DNA of 64,000 bases from an uncultured delta proteobacterium (GTDB taxonomy: Bacteria > Desulfobacterota > Binatia > Binatales > Binataceae): the NCBI GenBank assembly GCA_963724765.1, contig CAVRVY010000004.1, forward strand, positions 736,001 through 800,000, in the 5' to 3' direction. Both the position numbers and the translations under genes were made by a program. The number at the start of each line of letters is the position of its first letter. Within the stretch, counting starts at the first letter, position 1. The notes under the pieces were generated by a model that saw only the letters and a program-made list of their open reading frames with translations, searched no databases and was not told the DNA's origin. This document shows, in pieces, positions 27,680 to 37,296 of this stretch.

Positions 27680-28978
27680 CTACGCCCTCAACCCCTCCAT
27701 CGAGCCCACGTATTGGGGCTTGCCCGTCGGGCCCAGCGGCACCGATCCGGGCTGGCGCTCGAATGGACCAGCTAGACCCAACTCCTTGCCGATCTCGCGC
27801 AGTCGCGGGATGACTTCGGTGCCGAGAAGCTTCAAACAGGTCATCCGATCCGCGGCCGGCGCCGGGCCGTCGAGCCAAAACGAGAAAATTCCCGGCCGCA
27901 GCACCGACAGCACTTTCCTGAGCTTCGGGATCACCGTCCTGGGCGTCCCAGCGATCATCTGCAAGCCCTCTTTCGATCCGTCGTAGGCCGCGTGGATCGT
28001 CTTGCGGAGCGCGTCGAGGTCTTCGGTGTGATCCTGCGAAACGAACGAGACTCCGGGCGTGTTGGGGTTGCCGTACAGCCTAGACAGACGCCGGGTCGCA
28101 GCCCTGGAATTGTATCCTGGCGGGAACATCCATTCGGGCCGCGCAAAGTGCGAGAAGCCGCCGCCATAAAGGAAATGGCGGCCCATTTCGTCAGCCTTCT
28201 CCTCGGTCTCGTGCACGAAGACGGGCTGCAAGTAGCCGAAATTTTCCGACCCTGCCTGGTAGCCCATCTCGGCCGCGCAGTCGATGTACATCTTCCACAT
28301 CTCGAGCGTCGGCTCGAGCATCGTGGCTAGCGCCACGTAGGGATAGCGATGCTCGGCGCACCATCGCACCGTCTCAGGACTGATGAGACCCGGGATCCAG
28401 ATTGGCGGATGCGGTTTTTGCAGCGGCAAGACCCATGGGTTCACGAAGCGGAAGTTGAAATGCTTGCCTTCCCATCGAAACGGACCGGGCCTGGTCCAGG
28501 CCGCGATCACGAAATCATGCGCCTCTTCAAAGTATTCGCGGTTGTAGGCTGGGTTGGCGTTGTTGGCGAGCTGCTCGCTGCCCGCGCCACGGACCCATCC
28601 GGCCACCAGCCGCCCGCCGGAGATGAGGTCGATCATCGCCAGCTCCTCGGCCAGGCGCATGGGGTTGGCGATCACCGGCAGCGGATTGCCGAGCAGCACT
28701 ATCTTGACCTTGCTGGTGCACCTGGCGAGGATTGCCGCCTCGACATCCATCACCGCGCCCATGCAGAAGGGGGTGCCGTGATGCTCGTTGAGCATCACGC
28801 CGTCGAAGGTGCCGAGCTCGTCGGTATAGATCTTCTCGTCGAGGTACTGGTTGAGAAGCTGGGCGCCCTTTTGCGGATCGAAAAACCTGTTCGGCACGCC
28901 GAAGAAGCTGCGCCGCTTTAGCACCTCGTCCTCGGGCACGTAATGATATGCCCGCTCGGTGAACCACATTATGTGCAT
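27680..28978 (-). CDS. LLM-class flavin-dependent oxidoreductase (tandem paralog)
   Basis: Same motifs as 26233..27543, with long identical blocks. Confidence 0.92.
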   Translation of the reverse strand: MHIMWFTERAYHYVPEDEVLKRRSFFGVPNRFFDPQKGAQLLNQYLDEKIYTDELGTFDGVMLNEHHGTPFCMGAVMDVEAAILARCTSKVKIVLLGNPLPVIANPMRLAEELAMIDLISGGRLVAGWVRGAGSEQLANNANPAYNREYFEEAHDFVIAAWTRPGPFRWEGKHFNFRFVNPWVLPLQKPHPPIWIPGLISPETVRWCAEHRYPYVALATMLEPTLEMWKMYIDCAAEMGYQAGSENFGYLQPVFVHETEEKADEMGRHFLYGGGFSHFARPEWMFPPGYNSRAATRRLSRLYGNPNTPGVSFVSQDHTEDLDALRKTIHAAYDGSKEGLQMIAGTPRTVIPKLRKVLSVLRPGIFSFWLDGPAPAADRMTCLKLLGTEVIPRLREIGKELGLAGPFERQPGSVPLGPTGKPQYVGSMEGLRA

Positions 28979-28996
28979 TCGGATTTCTCCGGGAGC

Positions 28997-29785
28997 TCAG
29001 CCCAAAAACGCGCGCACCTGCTTTAAAAATTCGGCCGGCTGTTCCACCCCGGGATAGTGTCCGCAATTGTCGATCGTCACGACTTTCGCGCCCTTGATCG
29101 AGCGCTGATAAACTTCGGCCGCGCTGAGCGGCACGACCGGATCCTGCTTGCCCCACAAGAGCATGGTTGGCAGCCCGTCGATTCCCTCGAGCAGATGCGG
29201 CAGGCTGGGATTGAACATGTACGGCGCCCACGCCAGCCGCGCAGTCTCGGCACGCGCCTCTTCCCACGCCTCGTATTGCTCGGGTGTCTGCTCGCCACCG
29301 AACAGTTTGGTGAAATCCGGCTGCTGCGGGTCAGCCGCGCCGCGCGTCAAGTAGACGCGCGCGGTCACCGTGAACATGTCCATGATCTCGCCCTGGGGCG
29401 GGCGTACACCCGTCGGGGCAACCAGGATCATTTTACTGAACTGGGCCGGGTTGGCGGCGGCCATCTCGGCCGCGACCCATCCGCCGAGCGAGTGCCCGAG
29501 CACGTCGACCGGCCCCAGCTTCTGTTCGCGCACGTAACGCTGATAGAAGCCGGCCAGGTCGCGGATGCTCACGATCCAGTCCGCTATCGCAGTCTTGCCG
29601 AAGCCCGGATGAATCGGCGTAATCAGCGTGCGGTCCTTGGCCAGGGCCGAATTCCACGGCGTCCATCCCGGCCATCCCAACTCGCCGTGCAGGAGCAGCA
29701 GCGGCTTGCCCTTGCCGCCCTTCACGACGACCAGTTCCGTGTCGCCGACGCGGACCTTCTCTTCAGACCATTCCTTGTCTGCCAT
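28997..29785 (-). CDS. alpha/beta fold hydrolase
   Basis: LLLHG, HPGFG, nucleophile elbow GHSLGG, WGKQD and CGH; GGAG RBS before ATG 29785. Confidence 0.9.
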   Translation of the reverse strand: MADKEWSEEKVRVGDTELVVVKGGKGKPLLLLHGELGWPGWTPWNSALAKDRTLITPIHPGFGKTAIADWIVSIRDLAGFYQRYVREQKLGPVDVLGHSLGGWVAAEMAAANPAQFSKMILVAPTGVRPPQGEIMDMFTVTARVYLTRGAADPQQPDFTKLFGGEQTPEQYEAWEEARAETARLAWAPYMFNPSLPHLLEGIDGLPTMLLWGKQDPVVPLSAAEVYQRSIKGAKVVTIDNCGHYPGVEQPAEFLKQVRAFLG

Positions 29786-30041
29786 TGAGACTTTCTCCGA
29801 GTTTGTATTAATGGCGGCCTTCGAGCCCGTCGATGCCCCCCGACCAGTCCGCCCGCAAGACTTGATCAAATTCAGCTTTAGTACAGTGCGACACTATTTG
29901 CTACCAGAACTCCTGACCATTTCATTCATCGAAGCCAAAACGGCCTCCGGCCGTCCACACAGGCGCCGCCCGGCGGAGGGACCAGCCTATCAGAAGGTGG
30001 CCTACAACGAGGTATGAGCAAAAGCTATAATCACCGGGCGC

Positions 30042-30115
30042 GTGGACGTAGCGGATGACGGGGCGCAGGATGAGGCGGAGGACGAGGCCTATGACGAGGC
30101 GGATGATGGCCTGAC
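30042..30115 (+). repeat. degenerate 12-bp tandem repeat encoding an Asp/Glu-rich stretch upstream of pcm
   Basis: gatgacggggcg caggatgaggcg gaggacgaggcc tatgacgaggcg gatgatggcctg, translating DDGA QDEA EDEA YDEA DDGL. Confidence 0.6.
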
Positions 30116-30763
30116 GTGGACGACCTGGCACAAGCTCGCGAGCGGATGGTGGTCGAACAACTCGAGCGCCGTGGCATCCGCGATTCCCGCGTGCTCGCCG
30201 CAATGCGCATGGTCGAGCGCGACCGCTTCATCCCGGCCGAATATGCCGCGCAAGCCTACAACGACGAGCCGCTGCCAATCGGCGGTGAACAAACGATCTC
30301 GCAACCCTACATGGTCGCCCTGATGTGCGAGGTGGCGCGGCTGACCGGCGTCGAGCGCGTGCTCGAGATCGGCACCGGCTCGGGCTACGCCGCGGCGGTC
30401 CTCGCACGCCTGGCCGCCACCGTTTATTCGGTCGAATGCCTGCCGGCACTTTACGAGCGGGCGCGTGCGCGGCTTGAAGCGATCGAGGCCACCAATGTGC
30501 TTGTGAGCTGCCGCGACGGATCGGAGGGATGGCCCGAGCAAGCGCCGTTCGACGTCATCGTCGTGACCGCCGCGATGCCCGGCATCGCGCGTCCGTTGCT
30601 CGACCAACTCAAGCCCGGCGGACGGCTGGTCGCACCGATCGGCGAAGATGAACTGCAAACCCTGGTACGAATCAGCCGGCGCGACGACGCCTGGTGCGAG
30701 GAATATTTCGGCGAATGCCGGTTCGTCAAGATGACCGGCCGCTACGGATTCAAGGCGCAATGA
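30116..30763 (+). CDS. pcm: protein-L-isoaspartate(D-aspartate) O-methyltransferase
   Basis: QTISQPYMVA, VLEIGTGSGY, GWPEQAPFDVI and QLKPGGRLV. Confidence 0.95.
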   Translation: MDDLAQARERMVVEQLERRGIRDSRVLAAMRMVERDRFIPAEYAAQAYNDEPLPIGGEQTISQPYMVALMCEVARLTGVERVLEIGTGSGYAAAVLARLAATVYSVECLPALYERARARLEAIEATNVLVSCRDGSEGWPEQAPFDVIVVTAAMPGIARPLLDQLKPGGRLVAPIGEDELQTLVRISRRDDAWCEEYFGECRFVKMTGRYGFKAQ

Positions 30764-30817
30764 TTCGCTGACCGCGCTGTTAACGATGGCGCGAGGCGGC
30801 AGGGCGCGGATGCGGCG

Positions 30818-31642
30818 GTGGAGAGGGGTGGAGTGACGGTAGCGGACACCAGCGAGAGCAAGGTCAGTACGAGGGTGCGCGCGTCTGCGGCGACGATCGT
30901 GACAGCCGCATCGCTCGCGATCGCCGCCCTCGCAGCGATGATTGCCTGCTCAGGATGCTCGGCGTCGGGGCCGCGAACGCGGTTCGCGTCTTACAGCGGG
31001 GCCTCGCGACCGGTCGAGCACGTCGTGCGCCCCGGCGAAACCGTCTATCACATCGCGCACGCCTATGGCATCAGCGTTCAGCGCCTGCTGGAGGCCAACC
31101 ATCTGAGCGACTCGCGCGATCTCCGCGTGGGCCAGAGCCTGCTGATTCCCGGCGCCTACACTTACGCCTCGCTGGGCGGCGCCGAGAATGCTTCAGGGTC
31201 GATATGGAACGTGCCGCGGGCCTCGCGCCAGTTCGCGTGGCCGCTATGGTCCGGGACGGTGACCTCGGGCTTCGGAATGCGCCACGGCACGATGCATGAC
31301 GGCGTCGACATCGCGGCGCCGGTTGGAACGGCGGTGCACGCCGCTGACTCCGGCGTGGTGGTCTTCGTGGGAAGGCTTAACGGCTACGGGAACACGGTCA
31401 TCGTCCGCCACTCGGATAATTTCGTGACGGTCTACGGTCATAACTCGCGCATCCTGGTAAGCGAGGGCTCCGCCGTCGCGCGCGGCCAGAACATCGCGGA
31501 GGTCGGCACCAGCGGACGGACCACTGGCCCCAATCTCCATTTCGAAGTGCGCTACGACAACCACGCCTACAATCCGCTGAGCTACCTGCCGCCGCCGGGG
31601 CCCTCCCCCATCGAAAGCTTTGCCCGCAACGGCTCCTCCTAG
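30818..31642 (+). CDS. LysM plus M23 peptidase-domain lipoprotein (NlpD-like)
   Basis: Lipobox-like IAC/SGC, LysM HVVRPGETVY..IA, HDGVDI and GPNLHFEV; follows pcm as nlpD often does. Confidence 0.85.
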   Translation: MERGGVTVADTSESKVSTRVRASAATIVTAASLAIAALAAMIACSGCSASGPRTRFASYSGASRPVEHVVRPGETVYHIAHAYGISVQRLLEANHLSDSRDLRVGQSLLIPGAYTYASLGGAENASGSIWNVPRASRQFAWPLWSGTVTSGFGMRHGTMHDGVDIAAPVGTAVHAADSGVVVFVGRLNGYGNTVIVRHSDNFVTVYGHNSRILVSEGSAVARGQNIAEVGTSGRTTGPNLHFEVRYDNHAYNPLSYLPPPGPSPIESFARNGSS

Positions 31643-31688
31643 TATCGTTAGCCGGATCGCCGAGCAGATGGGCCGGCCACAAACACCA

Positions 31689-32213
31689 ATGATGGAACTG
31701 AACGAACTTCGACGGCTCGTACGTGACATCCCGGACTTTCCCAAGCCAGGGATCCTGTTTCGCGACATAACTCCGCTTATCAGCCACGCGCGCGCCTTCG
31801 CCGCGATGGTCGATTTGATGGCGGCGCCATTTCTGGGCAAGGTCGACATGGTGCTCGGCATCGAATCGCGCGGCTTCATCGTCGGCGCGCCGGTGGCCTA
31901 CCGCCTCGGCGTGGGGCTGGCGATCGCACGCAAGCCGGGCAAATTGCCTTTCCACACGATTGGCGAAACCTACGATCTCGAGTACGGCAACGCCGGGCTC
32001 GAGCTCCATGAAGACGCCCTGGTGCGCGACGCGCGCGTGCTGATCGTCGACGATCTGCTGGCGACCGGTGGCACGGCCGAAGCCACGGTGCGCCTCGCGC
32101 AAAAACTCCACGCCGCCATCGTGAGCTGCGCCTTCGTGATCGAATTGGGCGCGCTGGGCGGGCGCCAGCGCATCGCGCCGGTCCAATGCTTCTCGCTTAT
32201 GCATTATGATTGA
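31689..32213 (+). CDS. apt: adenine phosphoribosyltransferase
   Basis: IPDFPKPGILFRDITP, GIESRGF, RKPGKLP and VDDLLATGGT. Confidence 0.96.
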   Translation: MMELNELRRLVRDIPDFPKPGILFRDITPLISHARAFAAMVDLMAAPFLGKVDMVLGIESRGFIVGAPVAYRLGVGLAIARKPGKLPFHTIGETYDLEYGNAGLELHEDALVRDARVLIVDDLLATGGTAEATVRLAQKLHAAIVSCAFVIELGALGGRQRIAPVQCFSLMHYD

Positions 32214-32304
32214 AGCTTCCCGGATCGCCGGGGCGGCGCAGCCACCCTGGCAGCCGCCGTGCGCCGCGTGACATCAAGCGCCGGCCGGCGGGCGTTCCAG
32301 TTCC

Positions 32305-33210
32305 GTGCAACCTGAGGAGATACAAAACGCGGTCGCGGCGGATCGAAACCGTTTGCTGATCGTGCTCGCCCTGACGGCGCTCTATTGCGCCGCCGAATTC
32401 ATCGGCGGGTACTACTCGAACAGCCTCGCGCTGATTTCCGACGCGGTCCATCTGCTGACCGACATCGCCGCGATCTGTCTCGCGCTGCTCACGCTATGGA
32501 TCTCGACGCGTCCTGCGAGCGGCGCCAAGACCTATGGCTATCTACGCGCGGAAATCCTGGGCGCGCTGGCCAACGGGGTTTTCCTGTGGCTACTGGTGAT
32601 CTTCATCTGGTTTGAGGCAGTCCAGCGTCTGCGCGATCCCAGGCCCGTCGCGGGGCTGACCGTAATCGCAATCGCAACGTTCGGTCTGGGCGTCAATGGC
32701 TTCTCGGCCTGGATGACCCATGCGGCCGAAATTGAAGCGGGACGGCCCGGGATGGCGGTGCGGGCGGTATTCGTCCACGTGCTGTCCGACCTGATCGGCA
32801 CCTTCGGCGTGATGCTGGCGGGCGCGCTGGTGTACTTTTTCGGATGGCGCCAGGCGGACGCGCTGATAGGCCTGCTGATCGGCGCGCTGGTGCTCTACAG
32901 CTCGTGGGGCCTGCTGCGCGAAGGCGTCGACATCCTGATGGAATCGGTGCCGGCGCATATCGACCTCGAAGAGCTGCGCCACGATCTGCTCGCGGTCCAG
33001 GACACCGAGGAGGTCCACGATCTTCACGTCTGGTGTCTGGCGAGCCGCCAGTTCGCGCTCTCTGCGCACGCCGTGGTGACGCGCGAGGCCGACCAGGACC
33101 GCGTGCTCTCCGAGATGTCTGCGATGCTCGAGCGGAAGTTCAACATCCGGCACATGACCGTGCAGCTCGAACGCGACAGCCGCCGCGCCAGCGAGCCCGA
33201 GCATTTCTGA
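32305..33210 (+). CDS. cation diffusion facilitator (CzcD/ZitB-like metal exporter)
   Basis: NSLALISDAVHLLTD, TYGYLRAE, HVLSD, HDLHVW and HMTVQLE. Confidence 0.93.
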   Translation: MQPEEIQNAVAADRNRLLIVLALTALYCAAEFIGGYYSNSLALISDAVHLLTDIAAICLALLTLWISTRPASGAKTYGYLRAEILGALANGVFLWLLVIFIWFEAVQRLRDPRPVAGLTVIAIATFGLGVNGFSAWMTHAAEIEAGRPGMAVRAVFVHVLSDLIGTFGVMLAGALVYFFGWRQADALIGLLIGALVLYSSWGLLREGVDILMESVPAHIDLEELRHDLLAVQDTEEVHDLHVWCLASRQFALSAHAVVTREADQDRVLSEMSAMLERKFNIRHMTVQLERDSRRASEPEHF

Positions 33211-34632
33211 ATTTACCTGGCTATCAGGTCATATCCCTTCAATAGCCGTTTCAGTCTCAAAGCTACTGCAGCCCTCCTCAACCCGTTTTTTATTTCGTCC
33301 CTGAACCCTTCGGCATATCTTTTGACCTCCTAAACGGTTCCCCATTCCCTGCATCGTTTGCGCTCGAGCTCATTAGTTGCAAGCAGCTCTTGGAATCTAA
33401 TTTACTAACTTGAACGAGCTCCGTGCACGACGAGTTGAAACTATGTTAATAAACAAATCATGACGATCTATCATGTTCTTTATTCAGCATTTGTATGCAC
33501 TCGAATAAACAATTAACTAGTCCTTGCCGGTAATAACGTGCGGTAATGGCGTGATAGATATAGATATAAAGGACATCCCGGATCGCAGCGTAATGTTTGT
33601 TTGCGCCTTGACGTCTCAACGCTGACCTGCTTCTATAATGTGAATAATGTGTGTCGAGGTTGTAGTTCGTAACGATCGCATTATAATAGCTGAGGTTTGC
33701 GGTCCGCAAAAAAGCTGCGCTCGAGATTGAGGTGTTCGTTAGTAAGGCCTGCGGTCGGTAATTGAACTGTTTCCTTCAGTCTTAACTGCTCGAAATTACT
33801 AGCTCAAAATCGGCCGAGCGACTTCGACGTCTGTCGCTCGACGCAGGTAATCGCGGTTGTGTCTCAAGGAGGAGGTGTGCCATGAGGTCTGTTCGTATTT
33901 TTGCTGCTGTCGCGCTGTTGATTGGTTATTTTGCCACGTATGCCTGCGCTCAAGGCTTTTATGCCGATTCTTTTGGCGGCGGCGTCTTCGCACAAAACGC
34001 CTTTGCGCGAGTGGCTGATCCTTTACTTCCGGCTAGCATTAATTCCCACATCAACTACGACGTTGGATGGCTCGCAGGCGCTGCTGGAGGGTATGAACTG
34101 CCGCTGGGTTTGGCGTTCGAAGGCGAATTCACGTTTCGCCAGAATGATATCGATCGTATTGCTAGCAGCGAGGCATTTTTTACCGGCGGTGATATGCACA
34201 GTTTCGCCATGATGGCGAATGGTTACTACCGACTGCATAATCGGACGCCGTTCACTCCGTATATCGGAGGCGGCGTTGGAGAGGTTGTCGTAGTAATGAA
34301 CAACACTCGTCCGGTTGGCGTCAGCGGAAGCTTCGGTGGCACCGATGCGGTTTTCGCGTATCAGGCGATCGGCGGCATCTCCGATTCTTTTTCGCCACGC
34401 TTGAGCCTGGCGGCGGAATATCGCTATTTCGCCACTACAAGACCGGGATTTCAGGAAGACATTGCAGGAATTTCGAACTTCAGGATCAGCCCTGACTATG
34501 AGACGCACAATGCCCTCTTAAAGGTAACTTACAATTTTGGACATTAAAAAAGGGTAGTTATAAAGATTGTACGCCTGACAGCGGCCGGCGTCCCGTCGGC
34601 GACCGCCGCGACGAGTTCGAGCATTTCTGAAT
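33198..34632. mobile_element. 1.4-kb AT-richer islet bounded by 15-bp direct repeats at the CDF stop codon
   Basis: CGAGCATTTCTGAAT at 33198-33212 and 34618-34632; interior is visibly AT-richer; no recombinase inside. Confidence 0.6.
33882..34547 (+). CDS. outer-membrane beta-barrel protein (OmpA-like transmembrane / porin family)
   Basis: AGGAGG RBS, signal peptide, MANGYY, TPYIGGGVG, AYQAIGG, AEYRY and C-terminal YNF. Confidence 0.85.
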   Translation: MRSVRIFAAVALLIGYFATYACAQGFYADSFGGGVFAQNAFARVADPLLPASINSHINYDVGWLAGAAGGYELPLGLAFEGEFTFRQNDIDRIASSEAFFTGGDMHSFAMMANGYYRLHNRTPFTPYIGGGVGEVVVVMNNTRPVGVSGSFGGTDAVFAYQAIGGISDSFSPRLSLAAEYRYFATTRPGFQEDIAGISNFRISPDYETHNALLKVTYNFGH

Positions 34633-35295
34633 CTACGGAACGCTTAAATGCTCGGTCAGGTCCAGCGCGATCGGACGCCATCGCGCGCTGTGCAAATCCG
34701 CGCCGCCCGCTTCTAGTTCGAGAATGTGGATCGATCCAAGATCGATGTGCGGCTCGAAGACACCCGTCAACTGGCGCACTACTGCGCGAATTACGCCGCG
34801 ATGCGCGACCAGTAGCGCGTTCGCGCCGGCAATGCCGCTCGCGCGCGCGTCCCACAGGGCGAGCATCTTTGCGATCCCGCGCGCGACGCGCGCAACAAAC
34901 GCCGCCCTGCTCTCGCCCTCGGGATAGACGAAGTCGGGCGCCAGCCGGTTGGAGTTCCATCGCCGGAATTCGTCGGGATAGCGCTCGGCGATCTCCTCCG
35001 TGGTCAGGCCCTCGAAGAGGCCGAAATCGACCTCGACGAATTCCTCGATTGCGACCGCCGCAGCGTCCTTGCCTGCGATGATGCGTGCGCCTTCCGTCGC
35101 GCGCACCAACGGGCTGGTGAATACCGGGGCGAAGCCGCTCGCGCCTGCGCGCGCCGCGAGCCATCCGCGCGCCGCGCGCATCTGGCGGCGGCCCAACGCC
35201 GACAGCGCGACATCGGTGCGGCCGTAGTAACGGATGCTCGAGTGGCCGACGGTTTCGCCGTGGCGCACCAGCACCAACCGCACCGGATTCGCCAT
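34633..35295 (-). CDS. histidine phosphatase family protein
   Basis: LVRHGET, TSPLxRA, EVDFGxFEG, GES and LVAH. Confidence 0.9.
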   Translation of the reverse strand: MANPVRLVLVRHGETVGHSSIRYYGRTDVALSALGRRQMRAARGWLAARAGASGFAPVFTSPLVRATEGARIIAGKDAAAVAIEEFVEVDFGLFEGLTTEEIAERYPDEFRRWNSNRLAPDFVYPEGESRAAFVARVARGIAKMLALWDARASGIAGANALLVAHRGVIRAVVRQLTGVFEPHIDLGSIHILELEAGGADLHSARWRPIALDLTEHLSVP

Positions 35296-35300
35296 CGGGG

Positions 35301-36611
35301 TCAGGCTTTTGCTGGCGCGGCGTCGTCGAGCGGGTTGAGCACCAGGCCGGTCAGCAGCTTGGGATAGAAGTAGGTCGATTTCTCGGGCATCACGGCGCCC
35401 GTGTCGCTGACCGCTTCGACGTCGCTTATCGCCGGCGGATTCATCAGGAAGGCGCCGCTGGCTGTGCCCGGGCCGACGTTCTCAAGCGCACCAAGTGCGT
35501 CGATTGTGTATTCGATAAGTCCGCCCGCCTTGATCTGCTCGGGCGTGATCTGAAAGATGCGCTCCAGCACCAGTGCGTGCAGCACGCTTACGTCGAGCCG
35601 TTGCACAGCTTGTGGTGACCCCGGCATCGCGTCGGCCATCGCACTCGGATCATTGAGCCGCAAGAGCCGCAGCTTGACCCGCTCGCCGCCGAGCGCGACC
35701 GCGATCGCGCCCTGCCCCGCTTTCGCCAGCGCCGCGCGCATCGCGTCGGCGCTGCTGAACTCCTCGACCGCGAACAATGGCGCCACCCGCGTATCGAACG
35801 ACGCTATCGTTTCCGGATCAAGACGCCGCGCCACACGATAAGTCGGCAGGATCACCAATCCTGGATCGTCGCAGGCGACCAGCGTCATCATCGTGTAATC
35901 GTAAGGCTGCGCGGCAGCCGGATCGTGCTCGGCAGCGCGACGGCGGCGGCGATACTCGAGCGCGGTTTCGTAGCGATGGTGGCCGTCGGCGATGAAGATG
36001 CGCGGGCTCTCGAGTTCGTCCTGAATCGTCGCAATTGCCGCCTCGTCCTCGATCGGATGCAACTGGTTGCGGATGCCGAGGTCGTCGGTGACCTCCAGCG
36101 CGGGCTCACGCGCCGTAAGCTCGGCCGTGAGACTGGCGAGCGCTGGATGCGCGCCGGCGTAAAGGCCGAAGACTGAGCTGACGTTGGTGTTGAGCGCGGT
36201 CAGCAGTTCGAGCCGGTCCTGTTTGGCGGCGGGAAAAGTCCGTTCGTGCGGCAGGATTCGTCCGGCGCTGAACTCCTCCAGCCGGATGCGCGCGATAAAC
36301 CCGTCACGCCGTAGCAGACGCCCCTCGATCTCAAAAAACTGCGAGTACAGATAAATCGCCGGCCGGGGAGCGCGCTTGAGGATGCCTTCATTAAGCCACT
36401 CGCCGAGCGTGCGCGCCGCCGCACCGTAGCGGTCCGGATCGCGGTTGAGCTCCAGGCGCACGACGTTATAAAGGCTGCGCGCGTAGAGCGCGTCCTGGCG
36501 CGCCTTGTCGATTAGGTCATATGGCGGTGCGACGACGTTGCTCAGCACGCCGACTCGCTCGGGATCGTAGCGCAGTCCCGGGAATGGTTCGATTCGATGC
36601 GTCATCGCCAT
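35301..36611 (-). CDS. DUF1015 family protein
   Basis: APPYD, ILPHERT, IADGHHRYETA and MPEKSTYFYPKLLTGL. Confidence 0.9.
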   Translation of the reverse strand: MAMTHRIEPFPGLRYDPERVGVLSNVVAPPYDLIDKARQDALYARSLYNVVRLELNRDPDRYGAAARTLGEWLNEGILKRAPRPAIYLYSQFFEIEGRLLRRDGFIARIRLEEFSAGRILPHERTFPAAKQDRLELLTALNTNVSSVFGLYAGAHPALASLTAELTAREPALEVTDDLGIRNQLHPIEDEAAIATIQDELESPRIFIADGHHRYETALEYRRRRRAAEHDPAAAQPYDYTMMTLVACDDPGLVILPTYRVARRLDPETIASFDTRVAPLFAVEEFSSADAMRAALAKAGQGAIAVALGGERVKLRLLRLNDPSAMADAMPGSPQAVQRLDVSVLHALVLERIFQITPEQIKAGGLIEYTIDALGALENVGPGTASGAFLMNPPAISDVEAVSDTGAVMPEKSTYFYPKLLTGLVLNPLDDAAPAKA

Positions 36612-36621
36612 CGCTCAAGCC

Positions 36622-37245
36622 TCATCGCGAAGCGCCGCCCTTAAGCGCGGCGGCCAACTGGCGCTCGCTCACCGCGCCCGGGCGCAGCACCCGTATCCCG
36701 GAGCGGTCGATGGCGACCACGGTACTGGGTGCGCCACCGGCAAGCCGGCCATCCTCAACGAACACTTTAATTTTATCGCCGAGTGCGCGGCGCGCCGCAG
36801 CGGGCTCCACGGCCGGCGGCTCGCCCGCGAGATTCGCACTGGTCGCGGTGAGCGGACTTCGAAGCGCGGCGGCGAGCGCGCGGGCGATCGGATGCGACGA
36901 GACGCGCACGCCAACTCCGCCGTCGGCACCGATGAGCGCCGCCGGAATTCCGTCGCGCGCAGGCAGCACCAGGGTAAGCGGTCCCGGCCAGAAGGTCTCG
37001 GCAAGGACCCGCGCCTGGACCGGCACTTCGCGCGCGACCGCGAAAGCCATCGCGGTGTCGGCGGCGATCAACGCCACCGGCTTCTCGGGCTCGCGTCCCT
37101 TGATCGCGAACAGCCGCTCGAGCGCGTGCATCGTGAGCGCGTCCACGCCGAGCGCATAGAACGTTTCCGTCGGATAGACGATCGCCTCACCGGCGACGAG
37201 CGCCGCCAGCGCATCCCTGATGGCCGTGCGATTGTTCTCAGCCAA
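36622..37245 (-). CDS. tsaC: L-threonylcarbamoyladenylate synthase (YrdC/Sua5 family)
   Basis: YPTETFYALG, KGR..KP, WPGPLT, TATSANLAG and LRPG. Confidence 0.92.
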   Translation of the reverse strand: MAENNRTAIRDALAALVAGEAIVYPTETFYALGVDALTMHALERLFAIKGREPEKPVALIAADTAMAFAVAREVPVQARVLAETFWPGPLTLVLPARDGIPAALIGADGGVGVRVSSHPIARALAAALRSPLTATSANLAGEPPAVEPAAARRALGDKIKVFVEDGRLAGGAPSTVVAIDRSGIRVLRPGAVSERQLAAALKGGASR

Positions 37246-37296
37246 CGTGGGACACTCCGAAGCTCTCGGCCACGGCCGGCAATCTTTCGATGCTGT

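Noticed and set aside
33458-33709. 83-aa ORF in the AT-rich islet
   Set aside because: Weak start, no RBS and no recognisable features; more likely the promoter region of the beta-barrel gene.
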